A stretch of 64,000 nt of DNA. Source: an uncultured Alphaproteobacteria bacterium. GTDB taxonomy: Bacteria; Pseudomonadota; Alphaproteobacteria; Methylaequorales; Methylaequoraceae. Positions within the stretch are counted from its first letter, which is position 1. Each line of letters begins with the position of its first letter. A program made the position numbers and the translations under genes. Positions 63,342 to 64,000 of this stretch are shown one piece after another. The notes beneath the pieces are model-generated. The model did not search any database and was not told the origin of the DNA. It was given only the letters and a program-made list of their open reading frames with translations. The stretch covers positions 74,505 to 138,504 of the forward strand of contig CABZFH010000002.1 in the NCBI GenBank assembly GCA_902524895.1, written 5' to 3'.

Positions 63342-64000
63342 AAGGTTCAATAACCATTGTTGGTCTGGGACCAGGGTCAGAAAAATTAATATCTTCCGAA
63401 GTTCAAGATGCTATATCAAATGCTTCAGATATTGTTGGTTACAAAAATTACGTTAACCGAATTGCACCAAGAACAGAGCAAAATATTCATTCAAGTGATA
63501 ATAAGTTTGAGATTTCAAGAGCAGAACTAGCGGTAAAACTTGCACTTGATGGTAAAAGAGTAGTTGTTGTTTCTTCAGGAGATCCAGGTATTTTTGCTAT
63601 GTCATCAGCATTTTTTGAATATATAGATAAAACAGAAGAAAACGTTGACGATATAGAAATTAATGTGTTGCCTGGTATTAGTTCATTATTAGCTGCATCA
63701 TCAAGAATAGGTGCTCCTCTGGGTCATGACTTTTGCGTGATAAATCTCAGTGATAACCTTAAACCCTGGAAAATATTGGAAAAAAGGATAATACTAGCTA
63801 TTCAATCTGATTTTGTAGTAGTTTTCTTTAATCCTCGTTCAAAAGCAAGACCGGATACGTTAAAAAATGCTTTCAAAATTTTTAAAAAGTATAGCCATTG
63901 TGACAGGCTTGTTTTTTTTGCTAGATCTGTTTATAGAAAAAATGAAGATCTAAAAATCGTAAAGTTAAGTGAAGCTTCTCATGAAATGGCAGATATGAAT
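63338..64000 (+). CDS. cobJ: Precorrin-3B C17-methyltransferase, truncated at the window edge
   Basis: Manual translation from GTG 63338: MKGSITIVGLGPG...VVSSGDPGIFAM...APLGHDFCVINLSDNLKPW...FFNPRS. Confidence 0.93.
   Translation, partial: MKGSITIVGLGPGSEKLISSEVQDAISNASDIVGYKNYVNRIAPRTEQNIHSSDNKFEISRAELAVKLALDGKRVVVVSSGDPGIFAMSSAFFEYIDKTEENVDDIEINVLPGISSLLAASSRIGAPLGHDFCVINLSDNLKPWKILEKRIILAIQSDFVVVFFNPRSKARPDTLKNAFKIFKKYSHCDRLVFFARSVYRKNEDLKIVKLSEASHEMADMN

Noticed and set aside
1-64000. tRNA, rRNA, CRISPR array, integrase, transposase, prophage or defence genes; island-boundary direct repeats
   Set aside because: None recognised by eye. tRNAscan-SE, Infernal and repeat finders were not run, so short elements could be missed.
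1-64000. Frameshifted pseudogenes or programmed frameshifts at coding homopolymer runs
   Set aside because: The recognised genes keep full-length frames through their poly-A/T runs; such runs are expected at this AT content.

Overview
Very AT-rich, gene-dense chromosomal segment from an alphaproteobacterium. This rests on the rpsF-rpsR-rplI-dnaB-alr-mlaEF-cvpA-purF-SDR and yfgM-bamB-der gene orders; a streamlined marine lineage is an inference. Layout: housekeeping genes plus a flavocytochrome c sulfide dehydrogenase pair (1-17.9 kb); a roughly 28 kb motility region (17.9-45.7 kb); small unknown genes, a K+ channel, an atypical ppc, fpr, a GST and ampG (45.6-55.5 kb); and a riboswitch-controlled aerobic cobalamin operon running off the right edge. 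The motility region is not the usual CtrA-controlled alphaproteobacterial type. It has the sigma54/FleQ/FleT design of the Rhodobacter sphaeroides fla1 system: fleQ, fleT-fliEFGHIJ, fliKLMN, fliOPQR-flhB, a MotF-like gene, PomAB-like stators and its own rpoN. By eye I found nine GG-N10-GC sigma54 promoter motifs and three GTCA-N6-TGAC FleQ-type boxes. These place several unexpected genes in the predicted flagellar regulon: a degenerate ribosome-recycling-factor paralog, a 61-aa orphan convergent on rpoN, a DUF1566 gene whose promoter overlaps the motA promoter as an exact dyad, and a lytic transglycosylase and M23 peptidase next to three bactofilins. No tRNA, rRNA, CRISPR array, integrase or transposase was recognised. 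All family calls come from motif recognition, not database searches.
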